From Nageia nagi (taxonomy: Eukaryota > Plantae > Pinophyta), in the NCBI GenBank assembly GCA_050084985.1, contig JBITNC010000001.1:50654001-50718000 (forward strand): DNA of 64,000 nucleotides, given 5' to 3'. The notes below the pieces were generated by a model. The model made no database searches, had not been told where the DNA came from, and saw nothing but the letters and a program-made list of their open reading frames with translations. This document shows positions 1 to 12,377 of the stretch, piece by piece. The translations under genes were made by a program, and so were the position numbers. Each line of letters opens with the position of its first letter. Within the stretch, counting starts at the first letter, position 1.

Positions 1-2583
1 CACTCAGGAGATTATTTATTGTCGAATGTTACTGACCACCAACAGCGTCAAGCTATGCTATTCAAGACACAGGATAGTCCCTTTATCTTGACCTTTTCCC
101 AGAGATCTCTTGATTCTCCACACAAGGAAGATTATGTTGTTGGGAGACTTCAACAGCAAGACCAGGAATTTACAGATCCAATACTTCGACAGTATCGCTT
201 ATCTATTACACATCTAGGAGATTAATCACCAATTGGTTTTCTAGAGAGACTCCGCGGACTCCTTACCTCCCTTAGGCTATGGCAGATTTCTACTTGAGTT
301 GGTCGAGACACATGATCTTCTGATTCTCAATGATATTGCTTGGTTTTTACAATCCCACCACCCCACCTACTTTCCCCATGCTGGCAGCTCCAACCTTGTT
401 GCTTACATCCTCTCTAGTAGCCCTATTGTATCGCACATTCATGCCTTTCGTGTTGCCTCCTGCCTCCCGCTCGGAGGTCACACATACCTCACTTTCTCCT
501 TATAGGAACACCTTTCATTGGCCCCTCCCACCGTTATACCTACACATAGAGCTCCTTGCACAATCATCCTCTTTGATCATGACTATGACCCCCTCTACAA
601 TCATATCCTACAACAAAAACTCATTGTCTTACATTTCCTCATATCGGTTGAGGATCAGGCATTCTTTCTTACTGATGGTCTTCGTTCAGCAACTCTTCAA
701 GCCTTCCGCACGTCATTCGCCCCCTACCTCGCCTTCGTCATCCTGGACATTGTCCGATGAACAATTGGTTTGACTCTATTTGTAAAGAATTTCATTGCCA
801 CCTTCGTCGGTCTATGACATTGGACCCTAGGTCCCCCTCCACCACCTCTCTCCATCATTCCTCCTGTTGTCTCCTTAGGTCTGAGAAACATCATTTCTTA
901 GCCAAAAGGAGATTAGACGTCATTTCTTCCCTCCATTTCAACCCCAAGTCCTTCTAGCACTCCTCCTTACCCAAAAAGTATACCTCATATTCCATTACTC
1001 TCTAGGCCTGGAAGGAGTACACCTCTCATCTTTACATTTTTGTTAGCCCCACCCCCCCATCCGTTTCCCTCGACCATCCACCTTGGACTTCTTCTCCCCC
1101 TCCCTCATCCATTCCGCCATAAAGAGACTTTCCTCCGGCAAAGCACCTGACATTGAAAACCTTCAAGCTGAATTCCTCAAACATGCCATTCACACCCTTC
1201 CCCCTATCCTCTCCAAGCTCTTCAATGATGTCATCTGCTCAAGCTTCCCTTCTTCCTGGACCTCCAATATCATTCATCCCATCTTCAAATCCGATGACCG
1301 CAACGATTTAAGCAATTACTGCACTATCATGATTGGTCATACCTTGGCCAAGTTATATGCCATGACCATGGAGGAGTACATTTCCTGGATGACTGACACT
1401 AGAGGGTTACGCACAATAGGCCAGATAGGATTTCGTAGAGACCACCGACCATATCTTCACTCTCAAGGCGATTATTGAGGCTAGATTCCAAAAGTCTCCA
1501 ATCTTTTGTTGCTTTGTTGATTTCAATGAAGCCTTTGACATTGTGCCCGACATAGACTCATGGATCGATTGCGGATGTTGGGTGTTCTTGAGACTGGACT
1601 AGTAGCCATTTTGACACTATATGAGACTCTCACAAGGCGTGTTCACACTACAGATGGGTTTATAGACAACATTCTTAGTACAATTGGAGTGAAGCAGGGT
1701 GCCCTCTTTCTTCGACGCTATTTGGCCTTTACAATGATGAGCTAGAGTCGATTATCCTTGAGACCGTCGACCCTACTTCGGGTTTTCGTCTTCATGGTAG
1801 CCAAGTGTTCATCCTCCTCTTTGTTGATGACATTGTGTTGCTTTCCCATTTGGTTGAGGATCTCCAAAGCTTGATAGATGCTTTATATACCTTCAATGCT
1901 AGGCAGGAGCTTATGATGAACTTTAGCAAGACTAAGGTAGTGGCTTTCAATGTTTCGAAAGCCACGATGGATTAGAACCAACTCACTTTTCACAATAGTG
2001 TTATCGAGATGACCTCCTCCTACACATTTGGGGGTTCACATCTCTGGACCCAAGTTTTGCATGCGGACTGCAACGTCACCTAGAGTCCATCAAGGGTATG
2101 CGACAATATCCACCATGGAGAGACAATGCATTCAACTTCACTTTCAGGATGTTCCATCCAAACTAGGATTGTTCCAGGCCTTGGTCACACCCATATCCTT
2201 GTATAGGATTGAGATTTGGGGCTCTATCTTGAGAGTTGCGGACTGGACCTCGCTGGAGCGGATCTTGGTCACTTTCCTTTCTTGTTTCATTTGGAGTAAG
2301 CGAACAATCCCACATCTTATCATTCTTGTGGAGTTTGATTGTCAACTCCTCTTGGTGTGGGCCCTTGCTCTCATAGTCCTCTATCTTCGTCCCCTCCAAC
2401 ATTTATCTGCCTGTAGGGGGGATACAGATAGGCTTCTGATTCGAGCTCTGGCCTTATCAATTGATCTAGCTAGGTAAAGTTGTCATAGATGTTGGTTTGC
2501 GGAGATTTAGAAGATGCTTTAGAGATTTGGTTTTTCTCCAAAGAGATTATCGATACCACCGAAGGACTCATCTAGGACCCGAG
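1..2583 (+). mobile_element. RTEX-like non-LTR retrotransposon (LINE) ORF2, degraded; 5' part, interrupted by the Athila element
   Basis: RT motifs in broken frames: KAPDIENLQAEFLK, IHPIFKSDDRNDLSNYCTIMIG, QIGFRRDH, GVKQG, LFVDD. The same copy continues at 12378. Clade assignment is inference from RT style plus the C-terminal C-x2-[CY]..EDH..C motif. Confidence 0.85.
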
Positions 2584-4367
2584 TGATGAGTCTCAAAAAC
2601 CACCTGTTTTTGACCTGGTCTTATGATCTATTTTGTATATTTGGACACCATACAACTGATGAATTCTAACTGCTTAACTACTTATTTGCTTAATTTATGA
2701 TGAAATGCATACTTTTCTTTTGTTGGTATTTTGTGTGTACTGATGATATTTGTGTGTCTATTTTAAGTCAAAATGCTTCATTCTACTTTTTGGAGTGCTG
2801 AGTGGCAACATGGTTGGTTCACAAGCATTGTCAGGAAGGTTTTCAAATGACTTCTGAGTTGTTTGGAGCTCAGCGCCAGACACATCTGGTATCATACTTG
2901 GCAATGTGGAGTTAAACTTGTCTGGCGCCTTTGTTCCAGACTTGTTTGAAGCTCCAATCCTTGTTCCTGGCTTTGTCTGGAGCTCAGCGCCAGACACATC
3001 TGGTATCATACTTGGCAATGTGGAGTTAAACTTGTCTGGCGCCTTTGTTCCAGACTTGTTTGAAGCTCCAATCCTTGTTCCTGGCTTTGTCTGGAGCTCA
3101 GCGCCAGACACATCTGGTATCATACTTGGCAATGTGGAGTTAAACTTGTCTGGCGCCTTTGTTCCAGACTTGTTTGAAGCTCCAATCCTTGTTCTTGGCT
3201 TTGTCTGGAGTTCAGCTCCAGACACATTCAAAGTTCATTATACATGGCTAAGGCTCATATTCAGACACATTTGAGGTATCTGTTCTAGACATGTCTGGAG
3301 CTGCCGCTCCAGACTCATCCGAAGCACCCATTCCAGACTTGAAGTTCGGAAGATTGACTATTTCAGTTGACCCTATCAGCAGCTCTACGTCCACTTGGCA
3401 GAATTCCTACATTTGTGCAAATCGAACTGCTCCAGATTTAGCTTGAAGCATGATTTCAAACACACTAATATTCTCAGAGTCAATTCTTGTTTTGTGGAGT
3501 ATGTTTGACTCCAAAATATATGTGTTAGGCTATTTATGTCTAGCTAGGATAGTGCCATCTCATTTGGATGAGCTGTCCTTTTCTCAAGGGATTGTAGCTC
3601 TCCTTAAATAAGAGCATACATTTATTAGTATGATAATTTTAGCACTAAGTTAGTTTTGATTCTAGGAATAAGGGATTCTGAATATTGTTCAGATTATTGT
3701 TATTTTTGGACCAGCCTATTGTTAAACAATGGAGGATATTAAATACCTCAGTTGTTGACGGTAGAGGGGGTTAGGAGGTTAGGAAATTAAGAGAGTATTG
3801 TGTGAATAGATTATTGTGTTGAAGCTCTAGATTTGTGAAGCACATTCTGTGTAAGACAAACTGCATGCAGCAATAAAGTGATCTGTTAAGGAGTTTTCAG
3901 TTCTGAGTTTCTTTAAGTCTTCCACCAAGAGGAGCAAGGGCCCACTCCAAATGGTAGAAGACTCTTTCATCTCTCTGTATTGTTGTAGTGTAAAGTGTGA
4001 ATTTGCTTTAAGTTCAGCATTTTCCAGTTTGTCTCTCTTTTAGTATTTCAGATTCCTGTACTTTCAATTCTGCAACGTTCAGTTCTACACATTTGCTTTT
4101 TGCCATTTTGCTTGAAGTAGATACAGCTTAGAGAGCAAAGCTCAATAGCATATAGCCTTGAACACCTCCCGGATTCGATAAAAGTAATGAAGGGGATAAA
4201 TGTTGATATTCCAAACTTAGTGAGAGGCAACTAAAGGCTTTCCTGAGTGTTGGTGTACCAGCTCTTTGAGTTAACTGGTCCCTTCACAATAACAGGTGTG
4301 AGGATCACTAAGGGGAGGGTAGTGACAGCCCTGGGGGAATTTGGAGTGTCATTATTTTAACTCATCA
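2584..4367 (+). repeat. 5' LTR of Athila copy 1 (1784 bp)
   Basis: Terminal inverted repeat TGATGAG/CTCATCA, followed after 3 nt by the PBS; homologous to 58000-59486. Confidence 0.9.
2862..3228 (+). repeat. 114-bp tandem repeat, ~3.2 near-identical copies, inside the LTR
   Basis: GGAG(C/T)TCAGC unit starts at 2865, 2979, 3093 and 3207. Confidence 0.95.
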
Positions 4368-4370
4368 TTT

Positions 4371-4388
4371 TGGCGCCGTTGCCGGGGA
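4371..4388 (+). promoter_or_regulatory. Primer-binding site, tRNA-Asp
   Basis: TGGCGCCGTTGCCGGGGA, complementary to the plant tRNA-Asp 3' end; typical of the Athila lineage. Confidence 0.9.
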
Positions 4389-4580
4389 AAACGGTGTTGA
4401 TTGAGCTATCCCTGTAGTTCTTAAGGATAGGGGACTTGACAGAGCCAATTTGCAATCGGGTGTCGTCCTGGTTCCTCAATTCTTAACAGAATGAGTGGCC
4501 CCAATAACCTATATTAAGAATCTGCAGAGAACTGTTGTTGAAGTTGTAATAGTTTGGTTTGATTATTTGCTTGAGAATGT

Positions 4581-7500
4581 ATGAATAGATTAAGAGATAA
4601 TAAAGGGAGATTTGTTAGTAGTAAAGGACAAGGTAGTGAGAAAGAAGTTGTAGGAAAACCACAGAAAACACAAAAATCAGTACCACAAAAACCCCCCAAA
4701 AATAAAAAGTTGGATTCAGGAAAGGTTGTGGAAGAACAAGGAAGTAGTATAGTTGTTGAAGAACATCAGGTGGAGCAACCAGAAGAAATTAGGCCAAAGC
4801 CTAGACCTGTGGAAGAAATTGAGCCAACACGTGCAGAAGAGGAGTCAGCTCACAGTCCAGAACGTGCACATCCAGAAATTGCAGAAGAAACACCTTTCAT
4901 TAGTCCATCCTTACCACCATTTCTGAGATTTTCAGATCCACCTAAACAATATAGGAGATTTACAGATACATCTCCTTTAGCACCTGTACGGTTTGCAGAA
5001 TTAACTCTTCAGCCAAATTTGGTTGAGACTGCTCCGGATACAGTAACTCCGACCCCAACATCTCATCCATTCATCCATTCCTTTGATAAACCGTCACCAT
5101 TATCCATTAGTCAACCTCTTTCTAGTGAAAGTGATTCTGAAGCTGAGAAGGAGGCAGCCAAGGAACCCTTCCCTATTCACTACTGCAAAGGTAGTATACC
5201 AGAGTTGGATCACAGTTGGAGTATATATATCAATCCGCTGGTCAATATGTCTGGCGGAAGTGGTGGTTCTGGAGTAGGGGGTATTCCTCCTCAAATGCCA
5301 ACCCAAACTTTCACTTATCCCATTCGGCTTGCTGCTGGAACTCAGGCTCCTATGAAAAATATTTCACCATCAGTCTTACCTATTTTCAGAGGTCTTTCTA
5401 GTGAAGATCCAGATCAGTTCTTGTTTGAGTTCAAAATATTGTGCAAAACTTATGACTATGAAATGGATGAACAGAAATTAAAACTCTTTCCATCCACTCT
5501 GAAGGACAATGCAATGAGGTGGTTCATGGGACTACCTCCAGATTCTATCTTTACTTGGCAAGAAATGGAAAGAGCCTTCTTAGAAAAATATCAAGAGTAT
5601 TGTCGAGTTAAAGATAGGAAGGATGAACTGTTTCGGCTCACACAGGCAGCCTCAGAAAGCCTTGAAGATTACCTTGACAGATTCCTATTTGTTCAGAAGA
5701 GAGTGGGTACAACCATGGATCCAGAATTCTCCAAGACCATTTTTTTAAGAGGGCTTCTGGATTCCACATTGGAAGTCCTCAATCTGATGGGAAAAGGTAA
5801 TGTCAATAAGTTAACTCTTGATGAAATTGTGGAACTCTGCAGAAACTATTCAAGGACCAGATCACAGAAGAGAAGCGACAAGTTTCAGAATGATGGTCGA
5901 ATGGAGACTGGATTAGCAAGTGAAATCAAAGAAGAATTTGCTAACTTCAGGACTGATGTTCTGTTTGAACTAAGTCAATTGAAGGGAACAGCAAACAAAC
6001 TGAAAGAGATCCAGGAGTCTCTCCAACCTACAGGTTCAAAGAAAGAGGCCACAGATGAGTTCTCATCAAGATACTGTCCTAGATGCCGAAAGAAGCATGC
6101 TCTACATGAATGTCCATTGAACACTACCCATATATGCAGCCTATGCAATAATGACCATCTAACAGATGATTGTGACTATCTAACAATAGCACAAATGTCC
6201 GTAGCAGCTCCAAACATGAACATGAATTATATGGGAGCAATGGGGCCCAGGGGAAATAACAATTTTCAAGGGAACCCAAATCCTTATTTTTCTAGGCCAA
6301 CAAATCAGAATTGGTGGAATATGCCACACAATTCCCCATGGATGGCAAATCAGGATTGGCAACCTTATGGATGGGAGCCTCCACAATGGAATCCACAATG
6401 GCAGCAATATGGAGGACAAAATCGGCAGAACTGGAATAATCAAGGACAGCGAAGGCAGGGTTTGCTGCCACCACCCATTAATCAGCAACAACAAATGAAT
6501 CAGCAGCAGCACCCTCCAAAGCAACCTGCTCTTCCAGCCCAACCTGTTCCCAACCCCAATAATAACAGGCAAGCTCCAGTGCCTGCCTATCAGATTGATC
6601 AAGGAGACACAGCATCAGTAAATGCTATCCAATGCAATGAAATCGAGCTACGATCTGGTAAGAAATTGCCAGATCCTACACCTGTTATCACAGAAGTAGA
6701 GGTGGACAGCTCAGATGAATCTCCAGGAAAGCAAACAGAGGATAGTCTGGAGCCACCAACAGAAACAATTGCACCTGCACATAATAAGGAGCTCCAGACA
6801 GCAATTAGTCCATATCCAGAGAGATTGATGGAAAAACCTCAAGAAACAAAATCAGAACTACTGCAAGAGATGAGGAAATTGAATATCACTATACCTGTAT
6901 TACAAGCAATCAAACAGGTTCCTGAGCTAAACAAGATGGTTAAAGAATTATGCATGCACAGGAGAGGAAGAAGAAAGAAAGTCTATCCAAAGACTATTAA
7001 AGTAGATGGTAAAGTAGCTGATCTTTTGGCCGGAAATTTGGTAATTCCTAAGTATGGTGATCCGGGAAATCCTGTCATTACCATTAACATAGGGACCACT
7101 AAAGTGCCTAATGTTTTAGTTGATTTGGGAGCAGCAATAAATGTCATGACTTTGGACATGTCTCAAAAACTATTTTTGTCAAATATACAGCCCACTTCAA
7201 CTATGTTACAAATGGCAGACCGAACATTAGCTAAGCCGGAAGGAATTGTAGAAGATGTCCAAATAACAGTAGATTCCTGGAGCTATCCAATGGATTTCTT
7301 GCTGTTAAAGACAAGAGCACAGCCTTCTGGATATCCAGTCATACTGGGTAGACCTTGGTTAGCCACAGCAGCTGCATACATCAACTGTAGGTCTAGGGAC
7401 ATGACTATTTCTAATGGCCTAAACACAAAGACACTTTCTTTGTACCCACCTGCCCAACCAACATTGGATTATCATAATCAGGTATGGATCGACAAGCCTG

Positions 7501-10500
7501 ACATGGATGCACATGACACTTTTGCAACATTAGCAACCATCACCATCAAGGACCATGTCGAGGAGATAGAAGAAGATCCTAGTCTGGAACAGATACAGTA
7601 TCACTGTCTGGAGCAACAGGAAGGAGAACCAGAGGGCAGTGATGAGAAAAGGGGAGATACAATGGTCGAACCATTGCAAAGCATTATTTTTAATATTCCT
7701 TCAGAAGAACAAGCAACCTTGTTGGCAATGTTCAAATGTCCTCTTACTCACATTGTTCCAAAAGGAGATACTTTCAGGGAAAGAACAAGGGTATTCCATT
7801 CCTTATTCCCACACTCTTGTCCTTTGAATTCCCTAGTTCAGCTTCCAGAACAGAGTAATCTGACCAAGCCTGGGATTAAGACTGTTGAAGTGTTACCAAG
7901 AAAGAATCTTAATATCAGCAGTTGGCTGACGGATGAACAAGAAAAGAAGCTTTTTGATGTCTTGACCACTCATACTGAAGCTTTTGCTTGGGATTACTCC
8001 GACATGAAAGGAATTCATCCTCAAATATGTACCCATCATATTTATACGAATGAAACCAGGCCTGTCTAGCAGCCTCCTAGACGAATAAATCCTGCACTTA
8101 AAGAAGTTGTTAAGACTGAAATTGAAAAGCTGTTGAAGGCTGAATTCATCTATCCTATCTCAGATAGTCAATGGGTCTCACCTTTGGTGATTGTGCCTAA
8201 GAAAAATGGCAAATGGAGGGTATGTGTTGACTACAGAGCTCTCAATAAAGCCACATTCAGGGACCACTTTCCATTGCCTTTCATTGATCAGGTGTTAGAC
8301 ACTCTGTCTGGTAAACAGTATTTTTCTTTCTTAGATGGATTCAGTGGCTATAACCAAATACAAATTGCAGAAGAAGATCAGGGCAAGACTACATTTACCT
8401 GTGCATGGGGTACATATGCTTACAGGGTTCTTCCTTTTGGCTTGTGCAATGCACCAGCAACCTTCCAAAGAGCTGTGCTAGCAATCTTCTCAGATCTGAC
8501 TAATGATTGCGTTGAAGTGTACATGGATGACTTCACAGTGTATGGCAACACTTTTGAAGATGCCTTAAGAAACTTAGAAAAAGTATTGGTGAGATGCAAA
8601 CTGCATAATCTATCCTTAAGCCATGAAAAATGTTTCATGCTTGTACAGGAGGGAATAGTCTTGGGCCATCATATTTCAGCCCAAGGGATTCAGGTGGACC
8701 CCAAGAAGATAGAAGTCATCAAGCAACTTCCTCAACCTGAGACTCAAACAGATGTCCGGAGCTTCTTAGGACATGCCGGATACTACAGAAGATTTATAGA
8801 AAATTTTAGTAAAATAGCAGCCCCATTATTTGCCTTGCTGCATAAGGACAATGAATTTGAATGGACGGCTGACTGTGAAGAAGCTTTTCAAACCATCAAA
8901 GAAAAACTCACCACAACTCCTGTGTTGAGAGGTCCAAATTGGGAACTTCCATTCCACATTCATACGAATGCCTCAAATTATGCTATTGGAGCAGTCCTAG
9001 GACAAGAAGAACCAAGTAAGTCCCCATATGCTATTTATTACATAAGCAAAAACTTGGTAGGAGCTGAAAGAAATTATACTACTACAGAAAAAGAATTCCT
9101 AGCAGTAGTGTATGCCATCAATAAATTTAGACACTATATCACAGGATACCAAGTGTTTGTTCATACTGACCATGCTGCCATTAAATATCTCATGAACAAA
9201 CCTGTGGTAAGTGGAAGAATTGTGAGATGGTTGCTGTTATTACAGGAGTTTAATGTGACTATAATTGATAAACCTGGCAAGACAAATGTAGTAGCAGATT
9301 TCTTGTCTAGACTGAACATCATTCGAGAAGATGAGCTTGTGGAGGACACTTTTCCAGATGAACAACTATTTGTAATCTCTACCCAATCTCCATGGTTTGC
9401 AGACATTGCTAATTATCTTGCCACTGGAAGAATTCCTCCATATCTGTCTCCAAATCAGAAGAAACAACTGATAAAGCAGAGTGCATCATACAAATGGGTG
9501 GATGGGTTACTGTTTAAATATGGACCTGATTGTGCACTCCGAAGGTGTTTACGTACTGATGAAGTATTTGATGTCATCCGTGCATGTCATGATGAACCTT
9601 CAGGAGGACACTATTCTGACAAACGGACCATTCACAAAGTCCTAGGAGCTGGTTATTTTTGGCCTTCAATGCACAAAGATATTAGGAAATATGTGAGGCA
9701 ATGTGATCAATGTCAACGGATGGGTAGACCAACTGGTACTACTCAGATGCCATTGCAGCCGCAATAGGTGCTTGAACCATTCGAGCAATGGGGCATCGAC
9801 TTTATTGGGCCTATTAATCCTCCATCTCAAGGTAAGAAATATATACTGGTCTGTACTGATTATGCCACTAAGTGGGTAGAAGTAGTAGCTTTGGCACATG
9901 CAAAAGAAGAATTTGTGGCAGATTTTCTGTATAACAACATTATGCAGAGATTTGGAGCTCCTCGATTTCTGGTTTCTGATCAAGGTCCACAGTTCATGTC
10001 AAAGACAATACAACATTTTGTGAACCAATACCAAATCCGACACAAGAAGGCTTCACCCTATCATCCACAGACAAATGGACAAGTTGAAGTTACTAACAGA
10101 GAGCTGGAAAATATATTGACTAAGACTGTAGCTTCACACAGAAGAGATTGGGTACCCAGGCTTCCTGAAGCAGTTTGGGCATACAATACCATGTGGAAAT
10201 CCACCACTGGATTTACTCCATATGAATTAGTCTTTGGTAAGAAGCCTCTATTACCCATTGAATTCGAGCTCCAAACCCTGAGAATGGCCTTAGAGGTTGG
10301 ATTGGACATAACAGAAGTACAGAAAAATAGACTGTTGCAGCTAAATGAGCTAGATGAGATAAGAATGGAGGCCTTGCATAATATAGAAATCATTCAACAC
10401 CAACGAAAGCTTTGGCATGACAAAAATTTGAAACAGAACCAGTTTCAAGTAGGACAATGGGCCTTGTTATTTGACTCCCGCTATAATGATTTTATAGGGA

Positions 10501-10727
10501 AACTTCAAACACGATGGTTGGGGCCATATAAGATTCTTCAAATATTCCCTAATGGTTCAGTCCGGTTACAGCCAATTGACGACACTCGGAGGATTCTTCT
10601 GGTTAATGGACATCGCCTCCGACCCTATTTGATACCAACAACGAAGGAGCAATTCACACAGCAGATACGGGTAGCAAACCCTGGTGTATCCGAGGAAGCC
10701 TCTTCTTCCTCGGGTATAGTTAAATAA
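4581..10727 (+). pseudogene. gag-pol polyprotein in a single frame with two in-frame TAG stops (8067, 9765)
   Basis: ORFs 4581, 8133 and 9768 are in one frame. Gag (LKLFPSTLKDNAMRWF), two CX2CX3HX4C knuckles, protease VDLGAAINVM, RT YMDD, RNase H (HTNAS, catalytic D->N), integrase H-H-C-C, WGIDF and WLGPY; no chromodomain. Confidence 0.95.
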
Positions 10728-11655
10728 ATTCTTGATCAGTCCTATGAATAAGTGATTTCAGTGAACGTGGCAGTCAGTAAGTGAAAACCAGGATGACTGG
10801 CGCTTATTGGGTGAAAACCACTGACATTGGAAACACAGAAAAAATAATAAGAAAAAAAAAAAAAAAGAGAGAAAAACATATGGTTCAAAAAAAAAATAAT
10901 AAAATAAAATAAAATAATAATAATAATAAAGTGGGTCATCTGCAGGACTTCTGTTCCACTGAAGTTGATAAAGCCTCAGGAGTTACGTGAATCCTGCATT
11001 TGTGGCAAAACTGTGGCTCCGGATTGCGTTTCTCCAGACGTGTTTAGGAGTCGCCAGCTTTTCTCGCCTTACCTTTTGTGCAACGCGCCAGATAGGATCT
11101 TGGATTGACTTTCCATTCCTATTTCCTAGATGGCGCGATTCTCCAGCATTGGTAACAATAACTGAGACACCTACATCATACGTGGCAGCAGCATGGGTAG
11201 ATATGACCCCACATGTGTCTTGTGTCGTTCAATGACCGCGCCGGATTAGTTGGAGGATAGTTGTACTCCTTAATCTGTGTTATTCATCCAAGGCACCGCA
11301 AGTCTATCTATCACATGCCAAACTTCACTTGATGTGTCACGTATCAGCCAGAATACATCGCGTTCACGATGGCAGCAGATGATGGCGTTCGATTCCATGC
11401 GCTTTCTTCAAGGCGTGATCTCAGCATATCCGGCTTAGTCACTTTCACACAAACTATCGAATGTGCATCCGAACCTGTCACATCTGCTAGATATCGCATT
11501 AATGGGTATGTTATTTTAATCATAGTTAGGCAATTAATAGTTTGCATGTTTAAATTTATCAGTTGTGTCCAAAATCCGTCAACCAGCATTCCCGGCCACC
11601 TTTCGAACTCCTGTAACTCCAAGAGCCGAACAATACCAGCAGACTAACAGATGTC

Positions 11656-12377
11656 ATGGGTCCGAAGCGGCGGGAAGAACCCAGTTCCATTGCAGAATTA
11701 GTGCAAAATCAAGCAGTAACAGACATATTTCAGAATGCACGATGGTTGCAGTTTTTCCGTTTATTTCAAGGCCACGAGCCTTGGTTGGTTAAGGAATTCG
11801 CCACACAGTTTGCTGGCGACTCAGTCACCATTCGTGGCCATATAATTCCTATCTCACCCATGGTAATAAGCACGATATCAGGAATTCCAGCGGAAGGGGA
11901 AGTGTTGGTCGCTGGAAAGGAATCCCCTGATGATGTCCTGGATGCTTTCCATGTTCTAGCTGAACCTCGAGCCACAAAAATACGCAGCAAAGGTCGAGAC
12001 AAAGGTATTTATCGAGTCACCTTACCTTCACCATGGAATGAAGTTGCTATTTGGGTGCTTAAATACTTCTTCTGCGAAGGACAGTATGCACAACTTCAGG
12101 GTCATCAATTGCGGCTCTTGGTCCAGCTTCGCCATCCGAGAGATTATACTTATAATATTCCTCAATTCCTGTATGATAGCCTTTTATCTATGGCCACCAA
12201 GTGGTAGGAAACGGGGCAGACAGCTCCTTTAAAACATCATGGTTTGATTACTTTGCTCTGCAGAGAGCATTTTTATAGACATGGAGGAGAATCGGCATGG
12301 AGAACATTTCTAGGACCAGACTCTATCGGTTTACCTCAAAATAGCTTGTATCAGTTAGGAGGTGCTTCATCCGTTGC
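11656..12377 (+). pseudogene. Athila env-like accessory ORF, one in-frame TAG (12205), truncated at the LINE junction
   Basis: FQGHEPWLVKEFATQF..VTIRGHIIPISPMVISTISGIP; the frame continues after TAG as ETGQTAPLKHHGLITLLC. Position 3' of pol is as in Athila. Confidence 0.7.

Larger units (their letters stand above)
2584..12377 (+). mobile_element. Athila-type Ty3/gypsy LTR retrotransposon, copy 1 (5' LTR, PBS, gag-pol, env-like ORF; 3' end missing)
   Basis: LTR TGATGAG...CTCATCA, tRNA-Asp PBS, domain order gag-PR-RT-RH-IN, extra ORF after pol. No PPT or 3' LTR; abrupt junction to LINE sequence at 12378. Confidence 0.95.

Noticed and set aside
2758-3274. Repeat-protein ORFs on both strands (38-aa units)
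   Set aside because: By-product of the 114-bp LTR tandem repeat; not conserved in the LTR of copy 2.
8067-8069. Programmed stop-codon readthrough in gag-pol
   Set aside because: Copy 2 has CAG at this codon, and the stop lies after the protease rather than at a gag/pol boundary.
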